This document shows, in pieces, positions 1 to 11,916 of a stretch of DNA of 64,000 bases (the stretch's first letter is position 1; each line of letters opens with the position of its first letter). The stretch lies in NCBI GenBank assembly GCA_964106645.2, contig OZ067040.1. The stretch is one strand, 5' to 3'. The notes under the pieces are model-generated. The model did not search any database and had not been told where the DNA came from. It saw only the letters and a program-made list of their open reading frames with translations. The position numbers and the translations under genes were made by a program. The DNA comes from Podarcis pityusensis. Taxonomy: Eukaryota.

Positions 1-364
1 TTGCAACACGTGAATGGATTGCTTTCAGACAAAGATTATACATGGACAAATTTAAATGATATTTGGAACGTATTTATGAAAACCATAGTGACCCATGAGT
101 CCATTGACATATATACTATATAGTTTGGTAACATTAATTATATGTTATGGTTATTATGTTATTGCTGTTTTCCTCTGCTTTAAAAAAAATTATCATTTTT
201 CTTTTTCCCTTTTCTGATCTTTTCTTTTCATATTTACTTTTACTCACTATAATCATTTTAATAATAATAATAATAATCATAATCATAATGTCTTTTCTTC
301 TGACAAGATGCACACTCCATAGGGAAAGGCTGACATATTGACATATCACACGTTGACAGTGAAA

Positions 365-645
365 CTGGTACAATTCAAAGTGTTGGTTCTGACCTTTAAA
401 GCCCTAAACGGCCCAGACACTGACGTCCTCCTCCAAAGGTCTTCTGCTTGTTCCCTCACTACGAGAAGTGAGGTTACAGGGAACCAGGCAGAGGGCCTTC
501 TCAGTAGTGGCGCCCACCCTGTGGCACACCCTCCCATCAGATGTCAAGGAAATAAACAACTATCTGACTTTTAGAAGACATCTGAAGGCAGCCCTATTTA
601 GGGAAGTTTTTAATGTTTGATGGGCAGGGTATAAATAATAAAAAA
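365..645 (+). mobile_element. L2-clade LINE 3' fragment, internally deleted
   Basis: Encodes VQFKVLVLTFKALNG, typical of the L2-clade ORF2 C-terminus. 3' part nearly identical to 28950-29045. A-rich tail. Confidence 0.7.
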
Positions 646-717
646 ATTGTTGTTGTTGCATGTTTTCCAGGGCCTTAAAACATTTTTAAAATAATATTGG
701 AATTGATTTTGTGATAG

Positions 718-1356
<639 letters not shown>

Positions 1357-2914
1357 GAAGGCGGAGGAAAGAAGCCAACTTCTATCAGAGTCTGTGGAAC
1401 ACGGGCGGTTGGTCTACAGGACCCCAAATCAAAGAAACTCTCAGCGTACAGATTTAATGTCCCATTCCTCCACCCACCCCAACTAACTGTATATAGTTGT
1501 ATAGAATACACATTTTTTCATAAGTGTGTTATTTATATATGCATATAGAAATTGCATATGGACCCCTGTGCAAATAGACATTTATATAATGTTATGCATT
1601 CTGCACCAATGTAAGGTTTTGTGTTTTTAAAATCATGCTCAAGTAAGGACTGGGCTATCATTTTTTAATCTGTATGGGAAAAGCTCAGCTTTCAGTGGTT
1701 GAGGCAACAGAACTCAAGAGTCCGTTTCTCAACTGCAAACCCCAGTTATGGGGCTTTTGCTGATGGGTTATCCATCTAATGCATCTGAGAACTGCATCTG
1801 ATGGTACTACTTTTGTTCAGAACAGCAGGGAGAAATATCAGCATCCACTGCCATTGTGCCTGTGCAGAAGTCAGGGACTTTGATTTGTGTCAAATACTAC
1901 GTCTGTGTGATTGACTCTGGTGAGTAAAAGACTGTGATACCTAAAGTGTGGCTGACGCAATCAAATATCCCTTATTCTGCAAAGTGTACAAGTACCTCTG
2001 AAATATTTTTACTAAATCAAAGCCAAGGACTCTAACCAGATCATTATTAAACAGTTTCCATACATAAGTTATTTAATACAAATGCAGCATAATTTCCTTA
2101 GAGATATATTGATGAAAATATTTAGACATATTTAAGAAAAAGAAAGAGGTTTTTTTAAAAGGGAAGGGCAGTAATTATTCAAGAGGAGGAATGAAGCTGG
2201 TAGATACAATAGACAAAGCAAAACTCTCTTCATTCCCATTTTGGAGTTATACTTGCCTTGCAATTTAGCTTGGCAGGGGTCCAGTTACTAAGAGCTCTTA
2301 ATAGCTCCAGGGATGTGAGCAGAAGTAAAGCACATTTTCATTACAGATATTATTTTGTGCCACCACTCAAGGATAAGGCCTGGGGAGGGAGGAGCTGCAT
2401 GGATAGTTAAAGTCCCTCAAAGTCTTCTTCACACACCGCCTTATTACAAGGATGTAAACACAGCAAACTCACCTATTGTATAGCCATATTTTTCTGGGAC
2501 CCAGAACTGGCTGCACCTCCCTTTTGAATGCCCATTTTGTTGACTAACTTTGATTGATCCTGCACAATGTGTAAAGCAGCCCTAAGCAAAATAACCTTAA
2601 GCAACTTGGAGCAGGCTTACCCGCTGTGCATAAAGCAAAAATGTGGGCGGTATCTTAAAAACTGGGAGTTGCAGTTAAAAACACACACATAACCGGATCA
2701 GTTAATTGGAAAAGTGTCAGAAATGCATTTCTGGGTTGAAGGCAAGTTTGCGCATCAGCATTAGGGTCTGATTCATGTTATGACCAATGTGTTCCCGTGT
2801 TCAGTTTATTCATAAACAACCACAGTTGCTGATTCTATGAGCTTTCACTCCCAGAGGGTCTGTATACATGATACACAGTCTCCATGTAGAAGCCACTTTA
2901 ATTTCTTCTCTGTA

Positions 2915-3160
2915 CAGTGGTACCTCTGGATATGAACAGGATCCTTTCCAGATCCCCGTTCGGATCCTGAAGCGAACGTAACCCGCGCCTGTGTGGGTCG
3001 TGATTCCCTTCTTCCACACACGCACATGACGTCATTTTGACCGTCTGCACATGCGCGAGCGGCGAAACCCAGAAGTAACACGTTCTGTTACTTCCAGGTT
3101 GCCGTGGAGTACAACCCGGAAGCGCTCAACCTGAAGCATATTTAACCCGAGGTATGACTG
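2915..3160. mobile_element. Tc1/mariner-superfamily (pogo/Tigger-like) MITE
   Basis: TA|CAGTGGTACCTC...GAGGTATGACTG|TA: imperfect terminal inverted repeats (TIRs) with TA duplication. Related to 31254 and 53688. May lie in the ISM1 3' UTR. Confidence 0.85.
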
Positions 3161-3546
3161 TAGTAGTGGCTTTGTTAGGAGGGCAGGGAACATTTTATCC
3201 ATGCCACTGCAGAGCAAGTCCCAATCCAACCAACTTGAGAACTCTCAAGCCTACTGAATCCTACAGTGAATTTAAGTGCACTTGTCTATGTTTACACAGG
3301 CAAACTCTACAACAGCAAAAGGAATATGGCCCAGTCCACTTTACTGCCCTTGCACACGCATCATGCCTTGCTAACATGAATGAATCAGCCATGGGAGAAC
3401 AATTTAAAGCAGACTTCATGTGATACCCTTGCTGTTTGTTCAAACTCATCTTCTGAAGGAACATACTGTAAAGAGATTTGTTCTTAAAATATGCCCTTGT
3501 TGTTATTTATTCTTGAGTCTATACCAAGTCATTTGGCCATATACCA

Positions 3547-3552
3547 AATAAA
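3547..3552 (+). promoter_or_regulatory. Candidate ISM1 polyadenylation signal (AATAAA)
   Basis: First AATAAA I found downstream of the ISM1 stop, followed by T-rich sequence. Alternatives are ATTAAA at 2046 and 3661 and AATAAA near 3773. Not verifiable without RNA data. Confidence 0.35.
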
Positions 3553-5494
3553 TGCATAGTATTTTACGAAAGAAAGTCTATTCTTTAACAAAGTTTTTTT
3601 AAAATAATCAGTAAAGGGATGGAGTGTTATAACTTTACTGCATTCTTTTGTAGCGTATTTATTAAACTGCAGCTAACATGAATTTGGCAGAGTTAAAAGT
3701 GGCAAGCAAAGGGACTTTCTGAAAGGGACAATCGTGTTCCATAGAGATCTGGTGCACAAATCCAGGTTTATCAATAAAGCCATGATGAAACATCTGTTAA
3801 TTTGCATTCTCATTATGTGGATGTTAAATACAACAGGGAAGAAATGTGAAGGAATGCTTATGGCTCCATGAAGAAGGCCTGAGCAGGTGAAGGAGGGATG
3901 CCAGAAAGAGTGAGCAGGCGACCCACCGACAGTGTCTTCTAGTAAAAGCATCTTAAAACAATTTTTGTATATGCTAATACATTCCATAAGGCTAATACGT
4001 TCCTTACCAGGAGTTTGGGAACAGATTCACTTGTTTCTGTGACCAAGAATGAAAAATAAGGAAAATTTAAATGTAGCTTCCACAGCGAGGTCTAAGAAAA
4101 CATTAATATTAGCCACTGCCACAAGACTTGTCAAGGTGATGGGAGGGAATTATTTTAGAATTTGTCTCTCACCTCATTCATTAAAATCCCATTGCTTCAG
4201 ACCTGCCAAGGCTAGAAACACTTTGGCAGACCACAACAATATGTTTTCAGGCTCACTACAGCTTTTCCCAGCAGCAGCCCTGGAACAGATCAGAAGGAAA
4301 AATATTTCTCCCTCTGTGGTCTTCAGGAATAGCATTTTAAAATAATAATAATAATGTTATTGTTTTTGCTTGGGGAAAAAATGAATTTTATAGCCTGCTA
4401 GTTTTAGTATCCCATTGACAACTGTGACAGAGCAGGGTCCAATTTTACTTCTGGCTCCAGCTTGGAGCAGTCCATTGATGGCTACAGTTTGATTTTGTAA
4501 ATAATGAAGTGTGTGTGTGTATAATGTAATTAGATCTTCCTTAACATAACATGGTGTGTCCCTAATCAGAAAACCATAACGCCTAGCATTGAGCAACCCA
4601 CAGAGACATCAGTTATGTGTTCTGTGTGTGGGGGGGAACTGCACAGTACATAACTTACAAGAGGTCTGCCTCTTCAGCGCAGGTTTGCCTTATGACTGCT
4701 CTGTTGTCAAAGAATGGTGGAAAAAGAGCACTGGGGAGGACAGGGGGAGCTTGGGTATCTATGGCCCAAGAACATTCACTGTGAACATGTGTGAGCTGCA
4801 CTGAGCCAAGGTTCAGCCACCTGTGTGCTTACAGCATTTAGGTTAGACCAGCAACTATTGAATTGAAACCATAGAGAAAGCAACACATTAGCCAGGAACA
4901 AAGGAAGGGCAAGCGGATGTTGCAGAGGATTATTCAGAAGTTCGAGCTGATGCCAAAAAATGGAGGTAGGATTCAAATATTACCTTGCCTCCCAACTGGT
5001 GTGAGTAATCTCTCAGAAATGCTTGCCACAAAAATGTTGTGCAAACTTGGGTGAGGGGGGGGGGCAGGTCGTGCACTGTCTGCAAGATTCAGTTCACACC
5101 CCAATTCAGTTCTCAGAAAAACAGCCTGATTTGGTCTGAAGTGCTTCAAATCCTGCCCAGTTTGGTGCACATTTGAATCCTGATTTGGAGAAGTAAAGTT
5201 TCATGCCTCCCCCATTCACTGTTACGGGGAAATTTAAAAAATGGCTATATTTCCTCTTCTTAGTAAAATTGGATGGAATCTGCAGACATAGTAGCCCCTC
5301 CTGAGTGGACAGAGCCTACCAACTTACGGACAAATAGCGCTTTGTGCTGGCCACCGTCAAACAAAAAATATAAGGAAAAATCTATACCTTTTTTAAAAAA
5401 AAAATTGAGGCAGAAGTAGATGAAATTTGCAGGCTTCTTGGACCCTTTTGAGGGGATGAAACCTGCCAAATTTCAGTATTACGTGCACGGACTA

Positions 5495-5602
5495 GTAGCA
5501 GCTCTCCAGGTTTTCTGGCAGGAGTCTCAACCCCATCTGGAGACACCAGGGATTAAGCCCAGAACATTCTGGATGGAAAGCAGAGGCCCTGCTACTGAGG
5601 TA
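5495..5602 (-). mobile_element. tRNA-derived SINE (same family as 20844-20993), interrupted at its 5' end by a MITE
   Basis: Reverse complement aligns to the SINE at 20844 (B-box region, TCTCCAG...AAACCCTGGAGAGCTGCT). Confidence 0.7.
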
Positions 5603-5931
5603 CAGTGGTGCCTCGCAAGACGAAAAGAATCCGTTCCGCGAGTCTCTTCGTCTTGCGGGTTTTTTCGTCTTGCGAAGCAAGCCCATTAGCGGTTTAGTGG
5701 ATTAGCGCTACAGTATTAGCGGGCTTAGCGGATCAGCTGATAAGCGGCTTAGCGGCTTGGGAAAAAGGGGGGGGGGAGGGAAAAAAAAAACCGCAGGAAC
5801 TCGCAAGACATTTTCGTCTTGCGAAGCAAGCACATAGGAAATTCGTTTTGCGAAGCACCTCCAAAACGGAAAACCCTTTCGTCTAGCGGGTTTTCCATCT
5901 TGCGAGGCATTCATCTTGCGGGGCACCACTG
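5603..5931. mobile_element. Tc1/mariner-superfamily MITE, CpG-rich, with internal TTAGCGG repeats
   Basis: TA|CAGTGGTGCCTCGCAAGA...TCTTGCGGGGCACCACTG|TA. Same family as 60399-60751. Confidence 0.9.
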
Positions 5932-7687
5932 TACAGGCCTTGCGCCTGGTCACTCTCCCATCTCAATTACAGTGTACAGCCTATAGCTGAGGAATACAGC
6001 TGCATTTCTGTTGAGTGAAGTAAACAAGTGATTCATAGTATGGTGGAAAGCCCAGAAGATGAGCAAGTTACTTCCAGGCTATTTCCTGGCATGCCTCACC
6101 AATTTATTTTTATAAAATATTAGCATTGAAATGTCCATTTCCTTACATCTCAGCACGTACATTTTCGCCCTTGTCATAAGTCTGTGCCCTTGGGTCTGCT
6201 CAAAATGGGTACTGCAATTATCATGTTCCATTACGAAGACGGATAACATCGCACCAAGCCAAAAATGGATAGTTGTGTGTGTGCAGGGGGTAGGGATTGC
6301 TTGCACACAGGCCACAAGCCAACACTTGAGTTGGACGTACTTAAACCTCTTCAAACCCATGACTTTAAGTGGCCCCTGGGCTGTGGGCCCTGGAACTGTG
6401 GCCATAAAGAGAAAAGAGATGAAGTTTGGAAGTAGATTTGAGGCACATACATCACTGCAAACCTAACGCTGCCATCAGAGGACACAGACCTGTTCAGCTG
6501 CATTTGCAATAACATAAAGGTGGGGGCAAGTAGGGCACAAGGGAAAAATGCCAGTAGCTGTAAAAACATAGCCATGGAAGACATTCCTCAGCATGTAAGG
6601 CGGGGGAGGGGACCTATTACAATCCCCTCCCCCTACTCCACCCTCCAATTGTACAGAAGATGATAAAAATGTGTGGCATTCTCCCTCCAAACATATATCT
6701 GGTTATAATTTTTCAGTGGAAAGTTGCTCAGGCAGTTTCCGTTAGACTGCACCCACACGGTACAAGGCAAATTAAGGGACTGACTGGGTAATTACTAGTG
6801 CATGTGCATGCCCACAGATCTGTAAATAAAGGCAGGAAATCCCTCAGTCTTTCACTCTTCAGCTCACTCCCAGACAGTACGATTGTTAGGAACACATGGA
6901 AAATCCACCAGGTAGGTGAGATGATGCTCTTTGTACTTCACAGAAGACTGGTATTTAGTCACAGTTTCAAAAACTTGGATTCCACGGCAGCGCTTCAAAT
7001 GACAAGCCAGGGATGAAGACACCCAGCTTTGACTCTTAAACAGCCTTTTCAAAACAACATCACACATACAACAGGTTCGTAACATTCTAGCCAGCCCCAC
7101 AGAATGCTATTTTCTCCCTTAAAAGGGTTTATGTGATTCCTCTGAACACAATCAATGTGACACAGTGCGGTGTCTCCAACCAAGCCCTACTTGGAGTTAG
7201 CCCCACAGCTGGCCCATCCATGAGGCAGACTGAGGCAGCCACCTCAGGCGGCTGAATCCAAGGGGCACTGCTGCCTCTGCTGGAGAAGTGGCAGCAGCGG
7301 TTTGTGGGTTCCAGGGAAATCTCACAAGAGCTTCATGGGGCTGCGAAATCTCTCCCGAACCCAGAATCTGACGTCCTGGAACCCCGGGAAATGAAGTTTT
7401 GGTGGGGCGGGTACCAGATGGACATGCAGGGCAGCACTTTCCTGTTTCTCCTCAGGTGGCGAAACGGGATGGGACGCCTTTGAGCAAACCCATTGAGATC
7501 AATGGAGTGATGGGTCCACTCTGAGCAGGCAGGACTTAACCAATTGCACCTCATTGCCTTTTTCCACCTTCTGCCAGGCAAGAGCAGGACAAAACCATGG
7601 TCTGCTTTGAACTTTCAAGATGGCCAGAGCTGAAAAGGATTGACACCTTTCCTTGACATCTTCTCTATGCAGGCTGTAAGTACTGTA

Positions 7688-8037
7688 AAAGGTAAAGGTA
7701 AAGGGACCCCTGACCATTAGGTCCAGTCGCGGATGACTCTGGGGTTGCGGCGCTCATCTCACTTTATTGGCCGAGGGAGCTTCCGGGTCATGTGGCCAGC
7801 ATGACTAAGTCGCTTCTGGCAAACCAGAGCGGCGCACGGAAACGCCGTTTACCTTCCCGCCAGAGCGGTACCTATTTATCTACTTGCACTTGACGTGCTT
7901 TCAAACTGCTTGGTTGGCAGGAGCAAGGACCGAGCAACGGGAGCTCACCCCATCATGGGGATTCGAACCGCCGACCTTCTGATCAGCAAGTCCTAGGCTC
8001 TGTGGTTTAACCCATAACGCCACCCGCGCTGTGTACA
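7688..8037 (-). mobile_element. Sauria SINE, full length
   Basis: tRNA-like head with A/B boxes and (TTTACC)n tail on the - strand. 12-bp TSD GTAAGTACTGTA at 7676-7687 and 8038-8049. Confidence 0.9.
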
Positions 8038-8649
8038 GTAAGTACTGTACAGGTAGCAAAATCGGGCAGAGCTTGACACAAACACCAACAGCTCCCCGGT
8101 CACAGTGATTGCTTATGCTTTATTATATACCATTGACAGGTTCAGATACCAGGTGTCCTTTATTTTAAAAAAAGACAAAGGTTCCTAAATCTTTTTTTAA
8201 AATAAAAAATCAGTTACTTGAATACCCTTCGGCCTATGCCTCATTTCTAAGTGTGTGTTCCAGCAGTCAGTATGTAGTGAATTTGTATCCAATATTGCAG
8301 CGTATTTTCCAGACCTGCTTCTTCATACATCCTGCATTTGGAAATGCATAGAAAAGATGGCCTTTGGGAGCTATTTAAACATTTTTGATATTTAGGAGGA
8401 GGCAAGGAAAAGCCACTTTTCTTGGGGAAATTGGACACTGTCCATCCCTTACACTTTGGAGCCCTATATTCCAAACCAAGCCAGCCAGTCGCAATGAAGG
8501 GCTCCTTAAGGCACCATGTGACATTCCTGGCTCTGCCTGGAAATGCAGATGCTTCACCACTGAGCTACAGCCTTTCCCTAAGGAGAAGGAACCTGCCTAG
8601 AGGAAGCAAAGAGACTTTGGCACACCAACATAAATGGGCACCTCATTTT

Positions 8650-8771
8650 CATAGAATTATAGAGTTGGAAGGGACCCTGAGGATCAACTCAATGCGATGC
8701 AGGAAGATGTAGCTGTCCCATTTGGGGATTGAACTTGCAAACCTTGGTATTATCAGCACCACACTTTAACC
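8650..8771 (-). mobile_element. tRNA-Ile-derived SINE with CR1-type 3' tail, split by a hAT MITE (remainder at 9021-9040)
   Basis: - strand GGTTAAAGTGTGGTGCTGATAATACCAAGGTTTGCAAGTTCAATCCCC is tRNA-Ile-like. Tail ...GGTCCCTTCCAACTCTATAATTCTAT is CR1-like. Sister copy at 46108-46236. Confidence 0.8.
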
Positions 8772-9020
8772 CATGGGTAGGCAAACTAAGGCCCGGGGGC
8801 CGGATCCAGCCAAATCACCTTCTAAATCCGGCCCACGGACGGTCCGGGAATCAGCGTGTTTTTACATGAGTAGAATATGTGCTTTTATTTAAAATGCATC
8901 TCTGGGTTATTTGGATGTAGGAATTCGTTCATTTCCCCCCCAAAAAAATTTAGTCCAGCCCCCCACAAGGTCTGAGGGATAGTGGATTGGCCCCCTGCTC
9001 AAAAAGTTTTCTGACCCCTG
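8772..9020. mobile_element. hAT (Buster/Charlie-type) MITE
   Basis: CATGGGTAGGCAAAC...GTTTTCTGACCCCTG termini. 8-bp TSD CTTTAACC/CTCTAACC with central TA. Confidence 0.9.
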
Positions 9021-10597
9021 CTCTAACCGGCAGAGCAAGCTGAGTTCTTTACTCAAACCAACAAGGGAGCTTCAGAGCAGAAAGGAGAAGTGGCAGCTGG
9101 CAGGGATAAAGCCTAGAGTTTGATTTCATTGGGTCAGTTATGAAATGCTTTATAGTCAATCAGCCTTTCAAGCCCTGAGGCTGTTAAGTTGCATTTGAAT
9201 TTTTCAAGGTGATAAGCAAAATCATCACCATAAAGGCTGCTCATTCCAGCTACGATTGCTGAGAATTTCTCATAGGGCACCTCCTGCCAGCCTATGTATT
9301 AAGCATTTATCCTGATTTGATGGGGCAAAACTTATGCAGAAATTTGACTATGTGTGATCTTTACTGAGCCTTTGTTTTGTGGGGAGATTATACAACAATA
9401 AGCATTCATCATGATCTGCTTGTGGAGTGTTTATAGATCTTCCCAATAATCATTATTTCACCTCGCACTTTTCAGAGCACTTCCCTGTCACTTTCCTAAC
9501 TACAAAAGTTTTGTTTTGTTTTGTTCTGTAAGTGAATTCGTTGTGCTAGGGCAACAGAGAACTTTAATGGCACAAACCTAAATTTCCAATGAAGTACACT
9601 CTTGAATCCCTCAAGCAAAGTTGTGACAGTCTGGAGATACATTGTCCTAGAGCTGTTTGTTGTGATTCGAGGACCCGATCCCCGCTTGGGGAATAAAGAC
9701 ACGTGGACACAGAATGTAAGGTTAATGGGTAAGGTAAAGGCCACAACTTTATTGATTACAGCATGTGAGAAGGTATTGGCTTAGGCATTGGACCACGGAA
9801 CATTAGACTCCACCCACTCGAAGAGGGGTGAGTCTGAGGAGGGGCAACCCCTCCCCTCCTGTAAGGAGGAAAGGCTCTAGCACAGAACAAAACACTCTGC
9901 TTTGTTGAAATATGTTTACAGCAAAGAAAGCTACACTGCAAAGGACTCTGTGACAAGGCAGAACTCTTTGCCAAGTTTACAAAAAGTCTTTGCTTTGCTC
10001 CACCATGCTTGAAAGGGATATGTCTGGGTGGAAAGGGCTATAGAAACATTAGTAGCAGGAAAGGAGCACACTTTTCTGCAGGATACCGGGTGATAATCCA
10101 TCATTAATTATACTCAGGTAAAGTACAACGCATGAGATCCATTGATTTTAATGGGTTTACTCCAATAGGATGGTTTGTTTTTGTTTTTTTTAAAGAACAG
10201 AACACCGTAAAACTCTGAAAAGGCAATTGGTTTCCACCTTCCCTTGCTTCTCATCTGCATTATGTGGTTGATCTCATGACTATTTTCATGAGGATGGTGA
10301 CACTTGTTTTCGTTCGCTTGTTTTCCTGAAGCAGATTTGTTGTCCCTGGAAATAATTTACAACTACTGGTGCCAAAAAGAAAAAGGAAAGAATGGAAAAT
10401 GTTTCCTTGTTTCTTTTTTGGAAAGTGCCATATCCTGAAACATTGGGCTGGGCCTACCCTCCAGAATCATGGGAGACATCAATGGAGGTGGGAGAATGAG
10501 GAGGGTCATGAAAAGGAGACTGCTGGGCGCTAAATTCTTCCTCGTGGCATTCTTTTAAGTGTGTTGCTGTTCTGCATTGTGTGCCTTGTTTCTGCTT

Positions 10598-10774
10598 NNN
10601 NNNNNNNNNNNNNNNNNNNNNNNNNNNNNNNNNNNNNNNNNNNNNNNNNNNNNNNNNNNNNNNNNNNNNNNNNNNNNNNNNNNNNNNNNNNNNNNNNNNN
10701 NNNNNNNNNNNNNNNNNNNNNNNNNNNNNNNNNNNNNNNNNNNNNNNNNNNNNNNNNNNNNNNNNNNNNNNNNN
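10598..10774. other. Assembly gap (177 N)
   Basis: Run of n characters. Confidence 1.
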
Positions 10775-11013
10775 TCCCGCCTTTCACTCCCTTTAAGGAG
10801 TCTAAAAGCGGCTAACATTCTCCTTTCCCTTCCTCCCCCACAACAAACACTCTGTGAGGTGAGTGGGGCTGAGAGACTTCAGAGAAGTGTGACTAGCCCA
10901 AGGTCGGAGGTCGAAGTGTGACTAGCCCAAGTGTGACTAGCCCAAGGAGTGGAGACGCGAACCCCATTCCCCAGATTACGAGACTACCGCTCTTAACCAC
11001 TACACCACACTGG
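10775..11013 (-). mobile_element. tRNA-derived, MIR/CORE-like SINE
   Basis: - strand starts CCAGTGTGGTGTAGTGGTTAAGAG (A box) with a GGTTCGCGTCTCC B-box-like segment and a CORE-like CTTGGGCTAGTCAC. Its 3' end runs into the gap. Confidence 0.75.
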
Positions 11014-11460
11014 GGGAAAATAGCATCAAAAAGGGTGAACAGCAAAGTGTTTGGTTGGTTGTGTTTGTGCCTTACATTGTGCCCCCCCCCCCTTTTTGTA
11101 ACTACCTACTGGAGAATGTCCTGTTACCTGCTGGAGAAGCCCAAAACAAAGCCCTGGCTCTACTCTTGAAACATGGAAGCCGGGCCATTGATAGTGAAAC
11201 CCCTGAGCACTCGACAAGCCACATCTGGAAAGTCAGAACAGCTCAGTTGCTCTCCTTGCCTTCATTAGTTAGCATGGCTAGAGAGGCCCAGTTTCATCTG
11301 TACAAGCTCTCCTTTGAAGCAGAGGAAAACACATGTCTGGATAAGAAAAAGCTCAGCTGCTATGTTATCTGCTGTAATGATTCAGTCAACTCCTTTTTCT
11401 GCAATTCTGGCACCCTGGGCACCTTGGGTGAGTGATTCTGGGTCCACAGACAAACTAGAG

Positions 11461-11597
11461 CAGTGTTTCTCAAACTTGTGTCTCCAGCTGTGGTTGGACT
11501 ACAACTCTCATCATCCCTGACCACTGGTCCTGCTAGCTAGGGCATGTTGGGAGTTGTAGTCTAACAGCAGTGAGAGACCCATGTCTGAGAAACACTG
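11461..11597. mobile_element. Palindromic hAT-type MITE (ACTACAACTCCC family)
   Basis: TIRs CAGTGTTTCTCA/TGAGAAACACTG. 8-bp TSD AACTAGAG/CACTAGAG. Long internal inverted symmetry. Confidence 0.85.
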
Positions 11598-11782
11598 CAC
11601 TAGAGAAATATGTTGGAATGACTTTGTTCCGCAGAGTCTCTAAGATGGGGTGAGGAACCTGTGGCCCTCCAGATGTTAGTGTGCTATGATATCTATTATC
11701 CTTGGCCATTGTCCATGGCTGCTTGAGGGCCAAAAGTTCATCACCTTTCCTCCAAGACAAACCCATGTAACAACCTCTAGGT

Positions 11783-11916
11783 CAGGGTTTCCCAAACTTG
11801 GGTCTCCAGCTGTTTTGCACTACAACTCCCATCATCCCTAGCTAGCAGGACCAGTGGTCAGGGGTTATGGGAATTGTAGTCCCAAAACAGCTGAAGACAA
11901 AGTTTGGGAAATTCTG
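11783..11916. mobile_element. Palindromic hAT-type MITE (same family, opposite orientation to 11461)
   Basis: CAGGGTTTCCCAAAC...GTTTGGGAAATTCTG. ACTACAACTCCC and GGGAATTGTAGT arms. Older relatives near 11645-11765, 12085-12200, 12900-13000, 16143-16240, 17458-17710, 46470-46555 and 63465-63590. Confidence 0.8.

Noticed and set aside
1-300. Possible L1/Tx1-like LINE 3' end (short frame ...NDIWNVFM...*, then T-rich tract)
   Set aside because: Too short and cut by the window edge to assign.
5685-5760. Interstitial telomeric repeat or CRISPR-like array
   Set aside because: Units are TTAGCGG variants inside a MITE, not TTAGGG, and there is no repeat-spacer structure. The DNA is eukaryotic.
9658-9880. 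Possible LTR fragment (starts TGTTGTGA, has AATAAA and TTTATT)
   Set aside because: No matching CA-terminated end or TSD found, so boundaries cannot be supported.
10530-10921. ORFs spanning the N run
   Set aside because: Artefacts of translating the assembly gap.
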